A DNA stretch of 64,000 nucleotides, taken from assembly GCF_041886205.1 (NCBI RefSeq), contig NZ_CP169029.1; one strand, given 5' to 3'. This DNA comes from Escherichia coli (GTDB lineage: Bacteria > Pseudomonadota > Gammaproteobacteria > Enterobacterales > Enterobacteriaceae). The notes below the pieces were generated by a model, which was given only the letters and a program-made list of their open reading frames with translations, did no database searches and was not told the DNA's origin. This document shows positions 35,537-47,184 of this stretch, in pieces (the first letter of the stretch is position 1; each line of letters starts with the position of its first letter). The position numbers and the translations under genes were made by a program.

Positions 35537-35776
35537 GTGGCGGAGCAATTAGAGTTCTTTCCCGTCCAGAGCCCGTGCCGGGGAATTTGCCAGTCTGACG
35601 AACGCGGGTTTTGTCGCGGCTGTTTTCGTAGTCGTGATGAGCGTTTTAACTGGAATAAAATGAGCGATGGCGAAAAACAAGAGGTGCTGCGCCTTTGTCG
35701 GCAGCGATTAATGCGCAAATTACGCGCAAATAAGCCAGCGTCATCAGACGAACCGGAGCAACCATCACTCTTTTGA
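35537..35776 (+). CDS. ydhL: DUF1289-family small protein YdhL (Cys-rich)
   Basis: GTG start after a GAGGAG Shine-Dalgarno; 79 aa VAEQLEFFPVQSPCRGICQSDERGFCRGCFRSRDE..; the longer upstream ORF 35366..35776 overlaps nemR and was trimmed. Confidence 0.7.
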   Translation: MAEQLEFFPVQSPCRGICQSDERGFCRGCFRSRDERFNWNKMSDGEKQEVLRLCRQRLMRKLRANKPASSDEPEQPSLF

Positions 35777-35824
35777 ACCTAATCTTGCGTATACTCCTCT
35801 CATATCTGATAAGAGGAAGTGATT

Positions 35825-36721
35825 ATGGTTCAGCGTATTACTATTGCGCCGCAAGGCCCGGAGTTTTCCCGTTTTGTGATGGGCTACTGGCGATTGATGG
35901 ACTGGAATATGTCCGCCCGCCAGCTGGTCAGTTTTATTGAAGAGCATCTGGATCTCGGCGTGACCACCGTGGACCATGCTGATATTTATGGTGGCTATCA
36001 GTGCGAAGCGGCGTTTGGCGAGGCACTGAAACTGGCACCTCACCTGCGTGAACGGATGGAAATCGTCAGTAAATGCGGTATCGCGACGACCGCGCGTGAA
36101 GAAAACGTCATTGGTCATTACATCACTGACCGCGATCACATCATTAAGAGCGCCGAACAGTCGCTAATTAATCTCGCGACCGATCATCTGGATCTGCTGT
36201 TAATCCACCGACCAGACCCGTTAATGGATGCCGATGAAGTGGCGGACGCGTTCAAACATCTGCATCAGAGCGGCAAAGTGCGTCATTTTGGCGTATCGAA
36301 CTTTACGCCTGCGCAATTTGCCCTGTTGCAATCACGTCTGCCGTTTACCCTTGCCACTAATCAGGTGGAAATATCCCCGGTGCATCAGCCGTTACTGCTG
36401 GATGGCACGCTCGACCAACTACAACAACTGCGTGTTCGTCCGATGGCGTGGTCCTGCCTTGGTGGTGGTCGTCTGTTTAATGATGATTATTTCCAGCCGC
36501 TGCGTGATGAACTGGCTGTGGTGGCAGAGGAGTTAAACGCGGGCTCGATTGAACAGGTGGTTTACGCCTGGGTATTACGTTTACCATCGCAGCCGCTGCC
36601 AATTATCGGTTCAGGTAAAATTGAGCGCGTACGGGCAGCTGTCGAAGCAGAAACACTGAAAATGACCCGTCAACAATGGTTTCGTATCCGTAAAGCGGCA
36701 CTGGGGTACGACGTACCGTAA
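35825..36721 (+). CDS. ydhF: Aldo/keto reductase-family oxidoreductase YdhF
   Basis: 298-aa ORF from the ATG after an AAGAGGAAG Shine-Dalgarno; MVQRITIAPQGPEFSRFVMGYWRL.. Confidence 0.85.
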   Translation: MVQRITIAPQGPEFSRFVMGYWRLMDWNMSARQLVSFIEEHLDLGVTTVDHADIYGGYQCEAAFGEALKLAPHLRERMEIVSKCGIATTAREENVIGHYITDRDHIIKSAEQSLINLATDHLDLLLIHRPDPLMDADEVADAFKHLHQSGKVRHFGVSNFTPAQFALLQSRLPFTLATNQVEISPVHQPLLLDGTLDQLQQLRVRPMAWSCLGGGRLFNDDYFQPLRDELAVVAEELNAGSIEQVVYAWVLRLPSQPLPIIGSGKIERVRAAVEAETLKMTRQQWFRIRKAALGYDVP

Positions 36722-36801
36722 GCACTTTTAGGAATAGCCGCCGTTCAAAAATGTGTCACTGGTTTACACTTATTCAGGAATGCACAATGAACGGAGGTCC
36801 T

Positions 36802-37323
36802 ATGAAACGTTTTAGTCTGGCTATTCTGGCGCTGGTTGTTGCAACCGGCGCACAAGCTGCCAGTGAAAAAGTCGAGATGAACCTCGTCACGTCGCAAGGG
36901 GTAGGGCAGTCAATTGGTAGCGTCACCATTACTGAAACCGATAAAGGTCTGGAGTTTTCGCCCGATCTGAAAGCATTACCCCCCGGTGAACATGGCTTCC
37001 ATATTCATGCCAAAGGAAGCTGCCAGCCAGCCACCAAAGATGGCAAAGCCAGCGCCGCGGAATCCGCAGGCGGGCATCTTGATCCACAAAATACCGGTAA
37101 ACATGAAGGGCCAGAAGGTGCCGGGCATTTAGGCGATCTGCCTGCACTGGTCGTCAATAATGACGGCAAAGCTACCGATGCCGTCATCGCGCCTCGTCTG
37201 AAATCACTGGATGAAATCAAAGACAAAGCGCTGATGGTCCACGTTGGCGGCGATAATATGTCCGATCAACCTAAACCGCTGGGCGGTGGCGGTGAACGCT
37301 ATGCCTGTGGTGTAATTAAGTAA
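36802..37323 (+). CDS. sodC: Periplasmic superoxide dismutase [Cu-Zn]
   Basis: ORF trimmed to MKRFSLAILALVVATGAQA (signal peptide) after a GGAGG Shine-Dalgarno; 173 aa with Cu/Zn-SOD His ligands (HGFHIH). Confidence 0.92.
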   Translation: MKRFSLAILALVVATGAQAASEKVEMNLVTSQGVGQSIGSVTITETDKGLEFSPDLKALPPGEHGFHIHAKGSCQPATKDGKASAAESAGGHLDPQNTGKHEGPEGAGHLGDLPALVVNNDGKATDAVIAPRLKSLDEIKDKALMVHVGGDNMSDQPKPLGGGGERYACGVIK

Positions 37324-39336
37324 TTAAGAGGCCAGCGTACCTTGCGGTGGTGCTTGCTCAAGTTGCGAAAGCGAGCAGTACAGCCGCCAGACAATTGCCG
37401 CCAGCTCACGGGCGGCAGGTTGATGATGACGGGCAAGGCTGTCGCAAATCCGCTGTAATTCTTCAAGTGTGGCCGCCAGTGATTTTTGCTGAACGCCACG
37501 CTCACTCATCACTCCCCGCAACAGTGAAATACAGTTATCCCGTACTCGCGATAACGGATCGGAACGCGATTCCCAGTCGCGCAATTGCCAGACAACATGA
37601 GAACAGTTCAGCAGCACTACACCCCAGCGTAATAACCAACGGCGAGCCAGCGCATCCTGGCTGTTACTCAACTGACTGACGTGATGATAAGTGAGCGATT
37701 CAAATTCGCTTTCACTCAGTGTTGGATGGCGGCTTAGCTGATCGACAAAATCCCGGCGCAGCGCGCGAATATGGCGGCGGCTTTTACGAGCATCCGATCC
37801 TGGACGCAGAATGGCGAACGCTAACCACGCCAACGCGACGCCAACGATTTTTGCCAGATTATCGTTAAGAAAATCAGCAAAATCATACATCGGGGGATTA
37901 GTGACAGCGATAAAAGAACCCATAAAAACAATCAGTTGCCCCCACAATGCGGCAAATTTTGGCATCTGCAATTTAAGAAGCTGCATTGTCGCCAGCAGTG
38001 GAAAGAGAAACAGTAAAAATTGCCACAGATCGCTAATCTGGACCATCAGACCAAATTTGACCACAAAGCTGAATAGCGAAAGTAACACCAGCGTGCGCAT
38101 CAGAAGTGACAACGACTTAAACGGTGCTGCGACGGCGGAGTAGAGTACGCAGCTAATTGCTGCCAGCGTTAATGCATTGGCACCGGCATCCCATTGCGAA
38201 GCAATACTCCATGCGCCAATCATCATCAACGTACAAAATGTACGCAGCCCGCTCCACATAGCTTCGGCGTTATCGGTATGACGAGCCAGGCCGGATGTCC
38301 GTGGGAGTCTGGTATGATCATCTACACCGCTTTGCAGACGATGTAATTCCTGACTACTTTGCAGATAAAGGCGGCAAAAATAACGTAGTCGCTGCCAGAA
38401 GGCGACGTGCCGATAGTCGGCGACGTTGGTCGGGCGTAGCGGGGCGATAATACGTGCGACGGTGTAAACATCTGTTTGCGAACTGGCGAGCGCCGTCAGC
38501 AACTGTTCGAGAATTTCTCGTGTGGCACCTGGCGGTGAGGGCCAGTTGAGCAACATACGTCGCAGGCTGGAGATGACACTGGTCATACGTAATTGCTGGT
38601 GGAGCAGCGCATTAAGGCGCGCGTTTTGCTGGCGAAAACGATAGTGGCTCCAGAAAGCCTGGATACGCAGCAAATTCATGGTCAGTATCTGCCCAATCAC
38701 CCCTTCATGTGCTGCACGAATGGCATCGGTTGTTTCAGGCTGCCAGAGTAAACTGGCATGTTCAAGTAGTCGGGCGTGCATGTTTTTCAATGCGGTTAAA
38801 AGGGCTGTAGCATCGGAACTGCTAGGCAGGATCATCATCATCATGCCGCCGCACAAAATGCCGACAATCACCTCGCAAACGCGCGCCTGAGCGATATCCC
38901 ACAGCTGGCTGGCCTCAGTAATATTAACCATCGGAAAGGCGATGATGGCAGCCGTGTAGCCCGCCAGTTGAAATGCATACGCGACGTTATTCGTGAAGTG
39001 CGCACAGGCCCAGGTACAAAAGCCAAGCCACGCCGACATGCTCAATAGAAAAAACCACGGCTCATTGAGCGTATGCCCGGCAAGAAGCAGTGCCGCAATG
39101 GCTCCGAGCAAACTGCCAGCGATGCGTCCGAGGCTTTTGCTGATAACACCGCCAACGGTGGGAAAGCTAACCACTGCAGCCGAGGTCATCGCCCAATAGG
39201 GTTCATCCAGATTTAAATAATAGGCAACCGTCAGCGCCAGACACATGGCAATGGTATTGCGTAACGCATAACGCCATTGCGCCAGCGTGGCCCTGAACCA
39301 GGGCAAATTGCGCAAGGACCATGACGATGCGTTCAT
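37324..39336 (-). CDS. ydhK: FUSC/AaeB-family inner-membrane efflux protein YdhK
   Basis: 670-aa ORF with two hydrophobic bundles; start overlaps the ydhJ stop. Confidence 0.85.
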   Translation of the reverse strand: MNASSWSLRNLPWFRATLAQWRYALRNTIAMCLALTVAYYLNLDEPYWAMTSAAVVSFPTVGGVISKSLGRIAGSLLGAIAALLLAGHTLNEPWFFLLSMSAWLGFCTWACAHFTNNVAYAFQLAGYTAAIIAFPMVNITEASQLWDIAQARVCEVIVGILCGGMMMMILPSSSDATALLTALKNMHARLLEHASLLWQPETTDAIRAAHEGVIGQILTMNLLRIQAFWSHYRFRQQNARLNALLHQQLRMTSVISSLRRMLLNWPSPPGATREILEQLLTALASSQTDVYTVARIIAPLRPTNVADYRHVAFWQRLRYFCRLYLQSSQELHRLQSGVDDHTRLPRTSGLARHTDNAEAMWSGLRTFCTLMMIGAWSIASQWDAGANALTLAAISCVLYSAVAAPFKSLSLLMRTLVLLSLFSFVVKFGLMVQISDLWQFLLFLFPLLATMQLLKLQMPKFAALWGQLIVFMGSFIAVTNPPMYDFADFLNDNLAKIVGVALAWLAFAILRPGSDARKSRRHIRALRRDFVDQLSRHPTLSESEFESLTYHHVSQLSNSQDALARRWLLRWGVVLLNCSHVVWQLRDWESRSDPLSRVRDNCISLLRGVMSERGVQQKSLAATLEELQRICDSLARHHQPAARELAAIVWRLYCSLSQLEQAPPQGTLAS

Positions 39337-40193
39337 TATTGACCTACGGCAATGCTACAGGTGGTGCCCGACACCAACGTGACATCGCCTGGGACTTTAT
39401 CCAGCGCAAAGCGGACGGGAACGCGTTGGGCGAGTCGAACCCAGGGGACATTAGGTTTAACATCCGGAATAAGGCTTGAGTCACTTTCAACGCTCTGATC
39501 ATAAATCGCCCGACCGATACTGGAAACGTGACCCTGTAACGTTTTGTTATCACTATAGAGGGTAATTTGTGCTGGTGCACCTTCGCGGATATGGCGCAAC
39601 TTGGTTTCTTCAAAATAACCAATGACGTAAAACGAGTGGCTGTCGACAAGGGCAAACAGCGGTTTCCCGGTATCAGCGTAATCGCCGATGCGGGTAGTAA
39701 GGTTAGTCACCCATCCACTCACCGGGGCGCGAATTTCCGTTTGCGCCAGTTGCCATTGTGCCTGTTTCAGCGTCGCCTGTGCGGCATCAACACTGGCCTG
39801 CATCGCTTTAACATTGAGGTTAGCGGTATCGAGTTCTTCGGCAGAAATAAAATTTTGTGAGAGATGACGACGACGATTCGCTTCGTTATTGGCTTTTGCG
39901 AGGTCAGATTGCGCTTTCGCCAGCTGAGCCTGTGCGTTCAGCTCGGCGATCTGAAAGGGCGTTTTATCGATCGTGAGCAGAAGATCCCCCGCGTTAACCA
40001 GCTGGTTGTCTTTTATATTCAGCTCAACAATACGTCCCGACACCTGTGGGGTGATAGAAACCTGTTCTGCGCGTATTTTCCCGTCGCGTGTCCACGGAGA
40101 TTGCATGTAATAATTCCACAGCCACCATCCGGCAAGAACCGCAACTACCGCTACAATGATTGTTGAGAAATACTTAATTGTTTTAATTGACAT
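39336..40193 (-). CDS. ydhJ: HlyD-family membrane fusion protein YdhJ
   Basis: ORF trimmed to [26 protein letters not shown].. (285 aa); coiled-coil-rich periplasmic adaptor. Confidence 0.85.
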   Translation of the reverse strand: MSIKTIKYFSTIIVAVVAVLAGWWLWNYYMQSPWTRDGKIRAEQVSITPQVSGRIVELNIKDNQLVNAGDLLLTIDKTPFQIAELNAQAQLAKAQSDLAKANNEANRRRHLSQNFISAEELDTANLNVKAMQASVDAAQATLKQAQWQLAQTEIRAPVSGWVTNLTTRIGDYADTGKPLFALVDSHSFYVIGYFEETKLRHIREGAPAQITLYSDNKTLQGHVSSIGRAIYDQSVESDSSLIPDVKPNVPWVRLAQRVPVRFALDKVPGDVTLVSGTTCSIAVGQ

Positions 40194-40195
40194 AG

Positions 40196-40432
40196 TTACC
40201 ACGCAATCAGTATTGCCAGAGCAAGGCAAACGCAAATCGCAAACAGCGATAAATCCATTAACAAGGGATGCCAGATGTCACCGGCGTAGATCCAGCCACG
40301 AAGCAGGCGGTGTACGACAAGCCAGATGACGAATCCAAACGCGAAGGCTTTGAAAAACGGAGGAAAGTAGACGGACGCACCGAACACCAGATCTTGTAAG
40401 GGCAATCCTGTTGCATTGAGCATAAACTTCAC
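40196..40432 (-). CDS. ydhI: DUF1656 small inner-membrane protein YdhI
   Basis: 78-aa hydrophobic ORF immediately upstream of ydhJ. Confidence 0.8.
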
Positions 40433-40604
40433 AAAGTAGATTCCTTTACGACCGAATATATTGCGTTAGATTAATAAATATTCTTTAAGTGCGAAAAATT
40501 TACGCGCAATTTCTGAAAAATATGTCTGACGGTAACCAAATGCAGCAATACATTTGTTTTAGCAATACAATTGCTGCACACTATTCTAAAAGCCGCATAA
40601 TATC

Positions 40605-40616
40605 TTAGCAAGCTAA
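40605..40616. promoter_or_regulatory. SlyA consensus binding site TTAGCAAGCTAA in the slyA/ydhI divergent promoter region
   Basis: Exact 12-bp palindrome TTAGCAAGCTAA 11 bp upstream of the slyA start; this palindrome is the reported SlyA recognition sequence. Confidence 0.65.
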
Positions 40617-40626
40617 TTATAAGGAG

Positions 40627-41067
40627 ATGAAATTGGAATCGCCACTAGGTTCTGATCTGGCACGGTTGGTGCGCATATGGCGTGCTCTGATAGACCATCG
40701 CCTGAAACCGCTGGAGTTAACACAAACCCATTGGGTTACGTTACACAATATCCATCAGTTACCTCCAGACCAGTCGCAAATTCAACTGGCAAAAGCGATT
40801 GGCATCGAGCAGCCATCACTGGTCCGTACTCTGGACCAACTGGAAGAAAAAGGGTTAATTTCGCGTCAAACTTGTGCCAGCGATCGTCGGGCTAAACGTA
40901 TTAAACTGACGGAAAAGGCAGAGCCGCTGATCAGCGAAATGGAAGCTGTTATTAACAAAACCCGCGCGGAAATATTACATGGCATCTCCGCAGAGGAACT
41001 GGAGCAACTGATTACGCTCATCGCAAAACTTGAGCGTAATATCATTGAGTTACAGGCCAAAGGGTGA
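40627..41067 (+). CDS. slyA: MarR-family transcriptional regulator SlyA
   Basis: 146-aa [45 protein letters not shown].. matching SlyA (some annotations use a start 2 codons downstream). Confidence 0.93.
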   Translation: MKLESPLGSDLARLVRIWRALIDHRLKPLELTQTHWVTLHNIHQLPPDQSQIQLAKAIGIEQPSLVRTLDQLEEKGLISRQTCASDRRAKRIKLTEKAEPLISEMEAVINKTRAEILHGISAEELEQLITLIAKLERNIIELQAKG

Positions 41068-41113
41068 AATGAAGGGGGCGTGTGGTCAGTAACCTGACCA
41101 CACGCAAACTTAT

Positions 41114-41581
41114 TTAGCGCGGAGAAACGGTCACCTGACTGCCATTGCTGGCCAGTACGACACGTTGGCCCGGAGAGAAACGAGTGTTGCCTTGTTTCTG
41201 TACCACCATGATGGTATTACCATCGTCTTTACGAATTTCCAGCTCGACACCCTGCGTTTTGTTCATTGCACTCTGTACGCCCTGACCAGCTACGCCACCT
41301 GCAACAGCGCCTGCTGCAGTAGCCAGAGAACGCCCGGTTCCGCCACCAACAGTATTCCCCAGGAAACCACCAAGAACAGCACCGCCAATTGCACCGATAA
41401 CGTTGGAATCATCACCGCCCTGAATCTGTACCGGACGTACGTTAACGATGGTGCCATAGCTGACATTCTGTACTTGTTTCGCTTCAGAAGCGGTATAAAC
41501 ATCCCCTGACAGGGTGTCGTTATTAACACAACCGACAAGAGACAGACCTACCATTGAAACAACCAATACGCGTTTAATCAT
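41114..41581 (-). CDS. slyB: Outer-membrane lipoprotein SlyB
   Basis: 155-aa ORF with lipobox (LVGC) and Gly-rich glycine-zipper region. Confidence 0.92.
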   Translation of the reverse strand: MIKRVLVVSMVGLSLVGCVNNDTLSGDVYTASEAKQVQNVSYGTIVNVRPVQIQGGDDSNVIGAIGGAVLGGFLGNTVGGGTGRSLATAAGAVAGGVAGQGVQSAMNKTQGVELEIRKDDGNTIMVVQKQGNTRFSPGQRVVLASNGSQVTVSPR

Positions 41582-41854
41582 TGAAAAATCTCCTGTTCAC
41601 CATGAAACGCCACGCAAGCATCCCTCATGGTCAAAGTATATGGCATATGTGAATCCATGGTTACATGTTCTACCAAATATGAGCAAATCATAATGAAAGT
41701 AGGATCAACCAATTATAAACAAAACATTCATGATGATTATTGATTTGAAGATAATGTTTTACTACCAACGGTAAAAATCGGTCATTCCGCATGGTATTCA
41801 CGAAAAGTTTATGTTTGAGTGGTGCGCAAACGTCAGATTGAAAAAGGATGAACT

Positions 41855-42964
41855 ATGAAATCGGGCCGCTTTATTGGCGTTATGTCAGGCACCAGCCTTG
41901 ATGGTGTTGATGTTGTGTTGGCGACAATTGATGAACACCGGGTCGCACAGCTGGCAAGTTTGAGTTGGCCGATCCCGGTATCTCTGAAACAGGCTGTACT
42001 GGATATTTGCCAGGGCCAGCAGCTTACACTTTCGCAGTTTGGACAGCTTGATACTCAACTCGGGCGACTTTTTGCTGATGCGGTCAATGCCTTGCTTAAG
42101 GAACAAAATCTGCAGGCAAGAGATATAGTTGCGATCGGTTGTCACGGTCAAACCGTCTGGCATGAACCGACGGGCGTGGCACCACACACTTTACAGATTG
42201 GCGATAACAATCAAATTGTGGCACGCACCGGAATTACGGTTGTCGGTGATTTTCGCCGTCGCGATATTGCCTTGGGAGGACAAGGCGCACCGCTGGTACC
42301 TGCGTTCCATCATGCGCTGCTGGCTCACCCAACCGAGCGACGAATGGTGCTCAATATTGGCGGCATCGCCAATCTGTCACTGCTCATTCCTGGGCAGCCG
42401 GTTGGGGGCTACGATACCGGTCCTGGTAACATGCTGATGGATGCCTGGATCTGGCGTCAGGCCGGTAAACCTTACGATAAAGATGCCGAGTGGGCACGGG
42501 CGGGTAAAGTTATTCTCCCACTGCTGCAAAATATGCTCAGCGACCCGTATTTCTCGCAACCTGCACCGAAAAGCACCGGACGCGAATACTTTAACTATGG
42601 TTGGCTGGAGCGCCATTTGCGCCATTTTCCGGGTGTTGATCCCCGAGATGTGCAGGCGACACTGGCAGAACTCACCGCCGTGACCATTTCTGAACAAGTT
42701 TTGTTGAGCGGTGGCTGCGAACGATTGATGGTATGTGGTGGAGGTAGTCGTAATCCGCTACTCATGGCGCGTCTGGCGGCATTACTGCCAGGCACAGAAG
42801 TCACCACCACCGATGCCGTTGGCATTAGTGGCGATGACATGGAAGCATTGGCTTTCGCCTGGCTTGCCTGGCGGACGCTGGCGGGATTACCAGGAAATCT
42901 GCCTTCCGTCACTGGCGCAAGCCAGGAGACGGTACTGGGGGCTATTTTCCCCGCTAACCCGTGA
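41855..42964 (+). CDS. anmK: Anhydro-N-acetylmuramic acid kinase
   Basis: 369-aa [31 protein letters not shown].. matching AnmK. Confidence 0.92.
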
Positions 42965-43061
42965 TATCAGAGTTAACTGAATTTTTCTTACCGCGTCTGC
43001 CGTTACACTTGGAACGTTAGGGAGGGCGTATTGCCCTCCAGACCAGGAAAGTCTTCGGGAT

Positions 43062-43391
43062 ATGACTATGAAAAAACTGTTAATTATCATTTTGCCGGTC
43101 CTTCTCTCCGGCTGTAGCGCCTTTAATCAGCTGGTTGAGCGCATGCAAACCGCTACGCTGGAATACCAGTGTGATGAAAAACCGTTGACGGTCAAACTGA
43201 ATAATCCGCGCCAGGAGGTCAGTTTTGTTTACGATAATCAACTACTGCATCTCAAACAGGGCATTTCAGCCTCTGGCGCGCGTTACACTGACGGAATCTA
43301 TGTTTTCTGGTCGAAAGGCGATGAAGCGACTGTCTATAAACGCGACCGCATCGTCTTGAATAACTGTCAGTTACAAAATCCACAGCGTTGA
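43062..43391 (+). CDS. mliC: Membrane-bound lysozyme inhibitor of C-type lysozyme (lipoprotein)
   Basis: 109-aa ORF with lipoprotein signal (LLSGC). Confidence 0.88.
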   Translation: MTMKKLLIIILPVLLSGCSAFNQLVERMQTATLEYQCDEKPLTVKLNNPRQEVSFVYDNQLLHLKQGISASGARYTDGIYVFWSKGDEATVYKRDRIVLNNCQLQNPQR

Positions 43392-43449
43392 GATTTTTCC
43401 AGGGGCGGCGCACAATAGCGTCACCCACTGACAATCCGTAAAGAAAACC

Positions 43450-44106
43450 ATGTCTGATAACGACGAATTGCAGCAAATCGCGCATCTGCGCCGTGAATAC
43501 ACCAAAGGCGGGTTACGCCGCCGCGATCTTCCCGCCGATCCATTAACCCTTTTTGAACGTTGGCTCTCTCAGGCTTGTGAAGCCAAACTGGCGGACCCTA
43601 CCGCGATGGTGGTCGCTACCGTGGATGAACATGGTCAGCCTTATCAGCGCATCGTTTTACTCAAACATTACGACGAAAAAGGCATGGTGTTTTACACCAA
43701 CCTCGGCAGCCGTAAAGCACATCAAATCGAAAATAATCCGCGCGTTAGCCTGCTGTTCCCGTGGCATACCCTTGAGCGCCAGGTGATGGTGATCGGTAAA
43801 GCAGAACGACTTTCGACTCTCGAAGTGATGAAATATTTTCATAGCCGCCCGCGTGATAGCCAGATTGGTGCATGGGTTTCGAAGCAGTCCAGTCGCATTT
43901 CTGCCCGCGGTATCCTTGAAAGTAAATTCCTGGAGCTGAAGCAGAAGTTTCAACAGGGCGAAGTGCCATTGCCGAGCTTTTGGGGCGGTTTTCGCGTCAG
44001 CCTTGAACAGATTGAGTTCTGGCAGGGCGGTGAGCATCGCCTGCATGACCGCTTTTTGTACCAGCGAGAAAATGATGCGTGGAAGATTGATCGTCTTGCA
44101 CCCTGA
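43450..44106 (+). CDS. pdxH: Pyridoxine/pyridoxamine 5'-phosphate oxidase
   Basis: 218-aa [42 protein letters not shown].. matching PdxH. Confidence 0.93.
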
Positions 44107-44234
44107 AAAGATGCAAAAATCTTGCTTTAATCGCTGGTACTCCTGATTCTGGCACTTTATTCTATGTCTCTTTCGCATCTGGCGAAAAGTCGTGTACCGG
44201 CAAAGGTGCAGTCGTTATATACATGGAGATTTTG

Positions 44235-45509
44235 ATGGCAAGCAGTAACTTGATTAAACAATTGCAAGAGCGGGGGCTGGTAGCCCAGGTGACGGACGAG
44301 GAAGCGTTAGCAGAGCGACTGGCGCAAGGCCCGATCGCGCTCTATTGCGGCTTCGATCCTACCGCTGACAGCTTGCATTTGGGGCATCTTGTTCCATTGT
44401 TATGCCTGAAACGCTTCCAGCAGGCGGGCCACAAGCCGGTTGCGCTGGTAGGCGGCGCGACGGGTCTGATTGGCGACCCGAGCTTCAAAGCTGCCGAGCG
44501 TAAGCTGAACACCGAAGAAACTGTTCAGGAGTGGGTGGACAAAATCCGTAAGCAGGTTGCCCCGTTCCTCGATTTCGACTGTGGAGAAAACTCTGCTATC
44601 GCGGCGAACAACTATGACTGGTTCGGCAATATGAATGTGCTGACCTTCCTGCGCGATATTGGCAAACACTTCTCCGTTAACCAGATGATCAACAAAGAAG
44701 CGGTTAAGCAGCGTCTCAACCGTGAAGATCAGGGGATTTCGTTCACTGAGTTTTCCTACAACCTGTTGCAGGGTTATGACTTCGCCTGTCTGAACAAACA
44801 GTACGGTGTGGTGCTGCAAATTGGTGGTTCTGACCAGTGGGGTAACATCACTTCTGGTATCGACCTGACCCGTCGTCTGCATCAGAATCAGGTGTTTGGC
44901 CTGACCGTTCCGCTGATCACTAAAGCAGATGGCACCAAATTTGGTAAAACTGAAGGCGGCGCAGTCTGGTTGGATCCGAAGAAAACCAGCCCGTACAAAT
45001 TCTACCAGTTCTGGATCAACACTGCGGATGCCGACGTTTACCGCTTCCTGAAGTTCTTCACCTTTATGAGCATTGAAGAGATCAACGCCCTGGAAGAAGA
45101 AGATAAAAACAGCGGTAAAGCACCGCGCGCCCAGTATGTACTGGCGGAGCAGGTGACTCGTCTGGTTCACGGTGAAGAAGGTTTACAGGCGGCAAAACGT
45201 ATTACCGAATGCCTGTTCAGCGGTTCTTTGAGTGCGCTGAGTGAAGCGGACTTCGAACAGCTGGCGCAGGACGGCGTACCGATGGTTGAGATGGAAAAGG
45301 GCGCAGACCTGATGCAGGCGCTGGTCGATTCTGAACTGCAACCTTCCCGTGGTCAGGCGCGTAAAACTATCGCCTCCAATGCCATCACCATTAACGGTGA
45401 AAAACAGTCCGATCCTGAATACTTCTTTAAAGAAGAAGATCGTCTGTTTGGTCGTTTTACCTTACTGCGTCGCGGCAAAAAGAATTACTGTCTGATTTGC
45501 TGGAAATAA
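44235..45509 (+). CDS. tyrS: Tyrosine--tRNA ligase
   Basis: ORF trimmed to [18 protein letters not shown].. (424 aa); class I HIGH motif (SLHLGHL) and KMSKS-type motif (KFGKT). Confidence 0.95.
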
Positions 45510-45524
45510 TGCATTAAGTGGAAA

Positions 45525-45557
45525 GGGGGAGTGAGAAATCACTCCCCCTGGTTTTTA
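45525..45557 (+). terminator. Intrinsic terminator after tyrS
   Basis: 10-bp stem gggggagtga/tcactccccc with GAAA loop, followed by tggttttta. Confidence 0.8.
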
Positions 45558-45567
45558 TACAGGGAAC

Positions 45568-46431
45568 ATGATGAAAAATATTCTCGCTATCCAGTCTCAC
45601 GTTGTTTATGGTCATGCGGGTAACAGTGCGGCAGAGTTTCCTATGCGCCGCCTGGGCGCGAACGTCTGGCCGCTGAACACCGTTCAATTTTCTAATCACA
45701 CCCAATACGGCAAATGGACTGGCTGCGTGATGCCGCCCAGCCATTTAACCGAAATTGTGCAAGGCATTGCCGCCATTGATAAATTACACACCTGTGATGC
45801 CGTGTTAAGTGGCTATCTGGGATCGGCGGAGCAGGGTGAACATATCCTCGGTATCGTCCGTCAGGTGAAAGCCGCGAATCCGCAGGCGAAATATTTTTGC
45901 GATCCGGTAATGGGTCATCCGGAAAAAGGCTGTATCGTTGCACCGGGTGTCGCAGAGTTTCATGTGCGGCACGGTTTGCCTGCCAGCGATATCATTGCGC
46001 CGAATCTGGTTGAGCTGGAAATACTCTGTGAGCATGCGGTAAATAACGTCGAAGAAGCGGTTCTGGCAGCGCGCGAACTCATTGCGCAAGGGCCACAAAT
46101 TGTGTTGGTTAAACACCTGGCGCGAGCTGGCTACAGCCGTGACCGTTTTGAAATGCTGCTGGTCACCGCCGATGAAGCCTGGCATATCAGCCGTCCGCTG
46201 GTGGATTTTGGGATGCGCCAGCCGGTAGGTGTTGGTGATGTGACGAGCGGTTTACTGCTGGTGAAACTGCTTCAGGGGGCAACGCTGCAGGAGGCGCTGG
46301 AACATGTGACCGCTGCAGTCTACGAAATCATGGTGACCACCAAAGCAATGCAGGAATATGAGCTGCAAGTGGTGGCTGCTCAGGATCGTATTGCCAAACC
46401 AGAACATTACTTCAGCGCAACAAAGCTCTGA
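45568..46431 (+). CDS. pdxY: Pyridoxal kinase PdxY
   Basis: 287-aa [37 protein letters not shown].. matching PdxY. Confidence 0.93.
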   Translation: MMKNILAIQSHVVYGHAGNSAAEFPMRRLGANVWPLNTVQFSNHTQYGKWTGCVMPPSHLTEIVQGIAAIDKLHTCDAVLSGYLGSAEQGEHILGIVRQVKAANPQAKYFCDPVMGHPEKGCIVAPGVAEFHVRHGLPASDIIAPNLVELEILCEHAVNNVEEAVLAARELIAQGPQIVLVKHLARAGYSRDRFEMLLVTADEAWHISRPLVDFGMRQPVGVGDVTSGLLLVKLLQGATLQEALEHVTAAVYEIMVTTKAMQEYELQVVAAQDRIAKPEHYFSATKL

Positions 46432-46474
46432 AATATCTCATTTCGGCCCACAACGACCTGTGGGCCGATGGATA

Positions 46475-47080
46475 TTACTTTAAGCCTTCCGCTGACAGCG
46501 CGTCTTGTACTTCCGGACGTTCAGCCATACGTTGCATAAATGCTGCAATGTGCTCTAACCCTTCCAGATTCAGTTTCACCGCGTATGCCCAGCGCAGAAC
46601 CGTAAACAGATAGGCATCAGCAATTGTAAATCTTTGCCCGCAGATCCAGTGCTCATCCTTCAGTGCCTCGTTCACATATTGCAGCTTCTTCTCCAGCCGC
46701 GCGCGAACTGTCGGTTTGTACTCTTCCGGTGTATCAGGGCGAAACAGAGGTGTGAAACCTTTATGCAGCTCGGTGGCGATGTAATTCAGCCATTCGATGG
46801 TTTTATAGCGGGAAATACTGTTTACCGGTGCCAGCAACTGGCGGTCGGGGACGCTGTCGGCAAGATACTGCATAATCGCTACGCCTTCCGTCAGCAAAGT
46901 ACCGTCATCCAGCAGCAATGCAGGCACCTGCCCCTTAGGGTTAACGGCAAAGTAATCGTCACCGTTTTCGAGACGTTTTTTCATTAAATCCACACTGACG
47001 AGGGTAAAATCCTTTCCGCTCTCACGCAGGGTGATATGGGAAGCGAGAGAGCAGGCACCCGGTTTGTAGAACAATTTCAT
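46475..47080 (-). CDS. gstA: Glutathione S-transferase GstA
   Basis: 201-aa [35 protein letters not shown].. matching GstA. Confidence 0.93.
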   Translation of the reverse strand: MKLFYKPGACSLASHITLRESGKDFTLVSVDLMKKRLENGDDYFAVNPKGQVPALLLDDGTLLTEGVAIMQYLADSVPDRQLLAPVNSISRYKTIEWLNYIATELHKGFTPLFRPDTPEEYKPTVRARLEKKLQYVNEALKDEHWICGQRFTIADAYLFTVLRWAYAVKLNLEGLEHIAAFMQRMAERPEVQDALSAEGLK

Positions 47081-47130
47081 CGGTAACTCCTTTTGTCTGT
47101 GGTTTAAAGTATGGTAGTGCGTTGCTGAAC

Positions 47131-47162
47131 AAAAAAAAGCCGCTAACGAAAAGTTAGCGGCT
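47131..47162 (-). terminator. Intrinsic terminator downstream of dtpA
   Basis: 9-bp stem gccgctaac/gttagcggc with GAAAA loop, followed on the minus strand by a U8 tract (A8 at 47131..47138 on the plus strand). Confidence 0.8.
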
Positions 47163-47184
47163 TGTAAAAGAGTTTCCCTGAATT

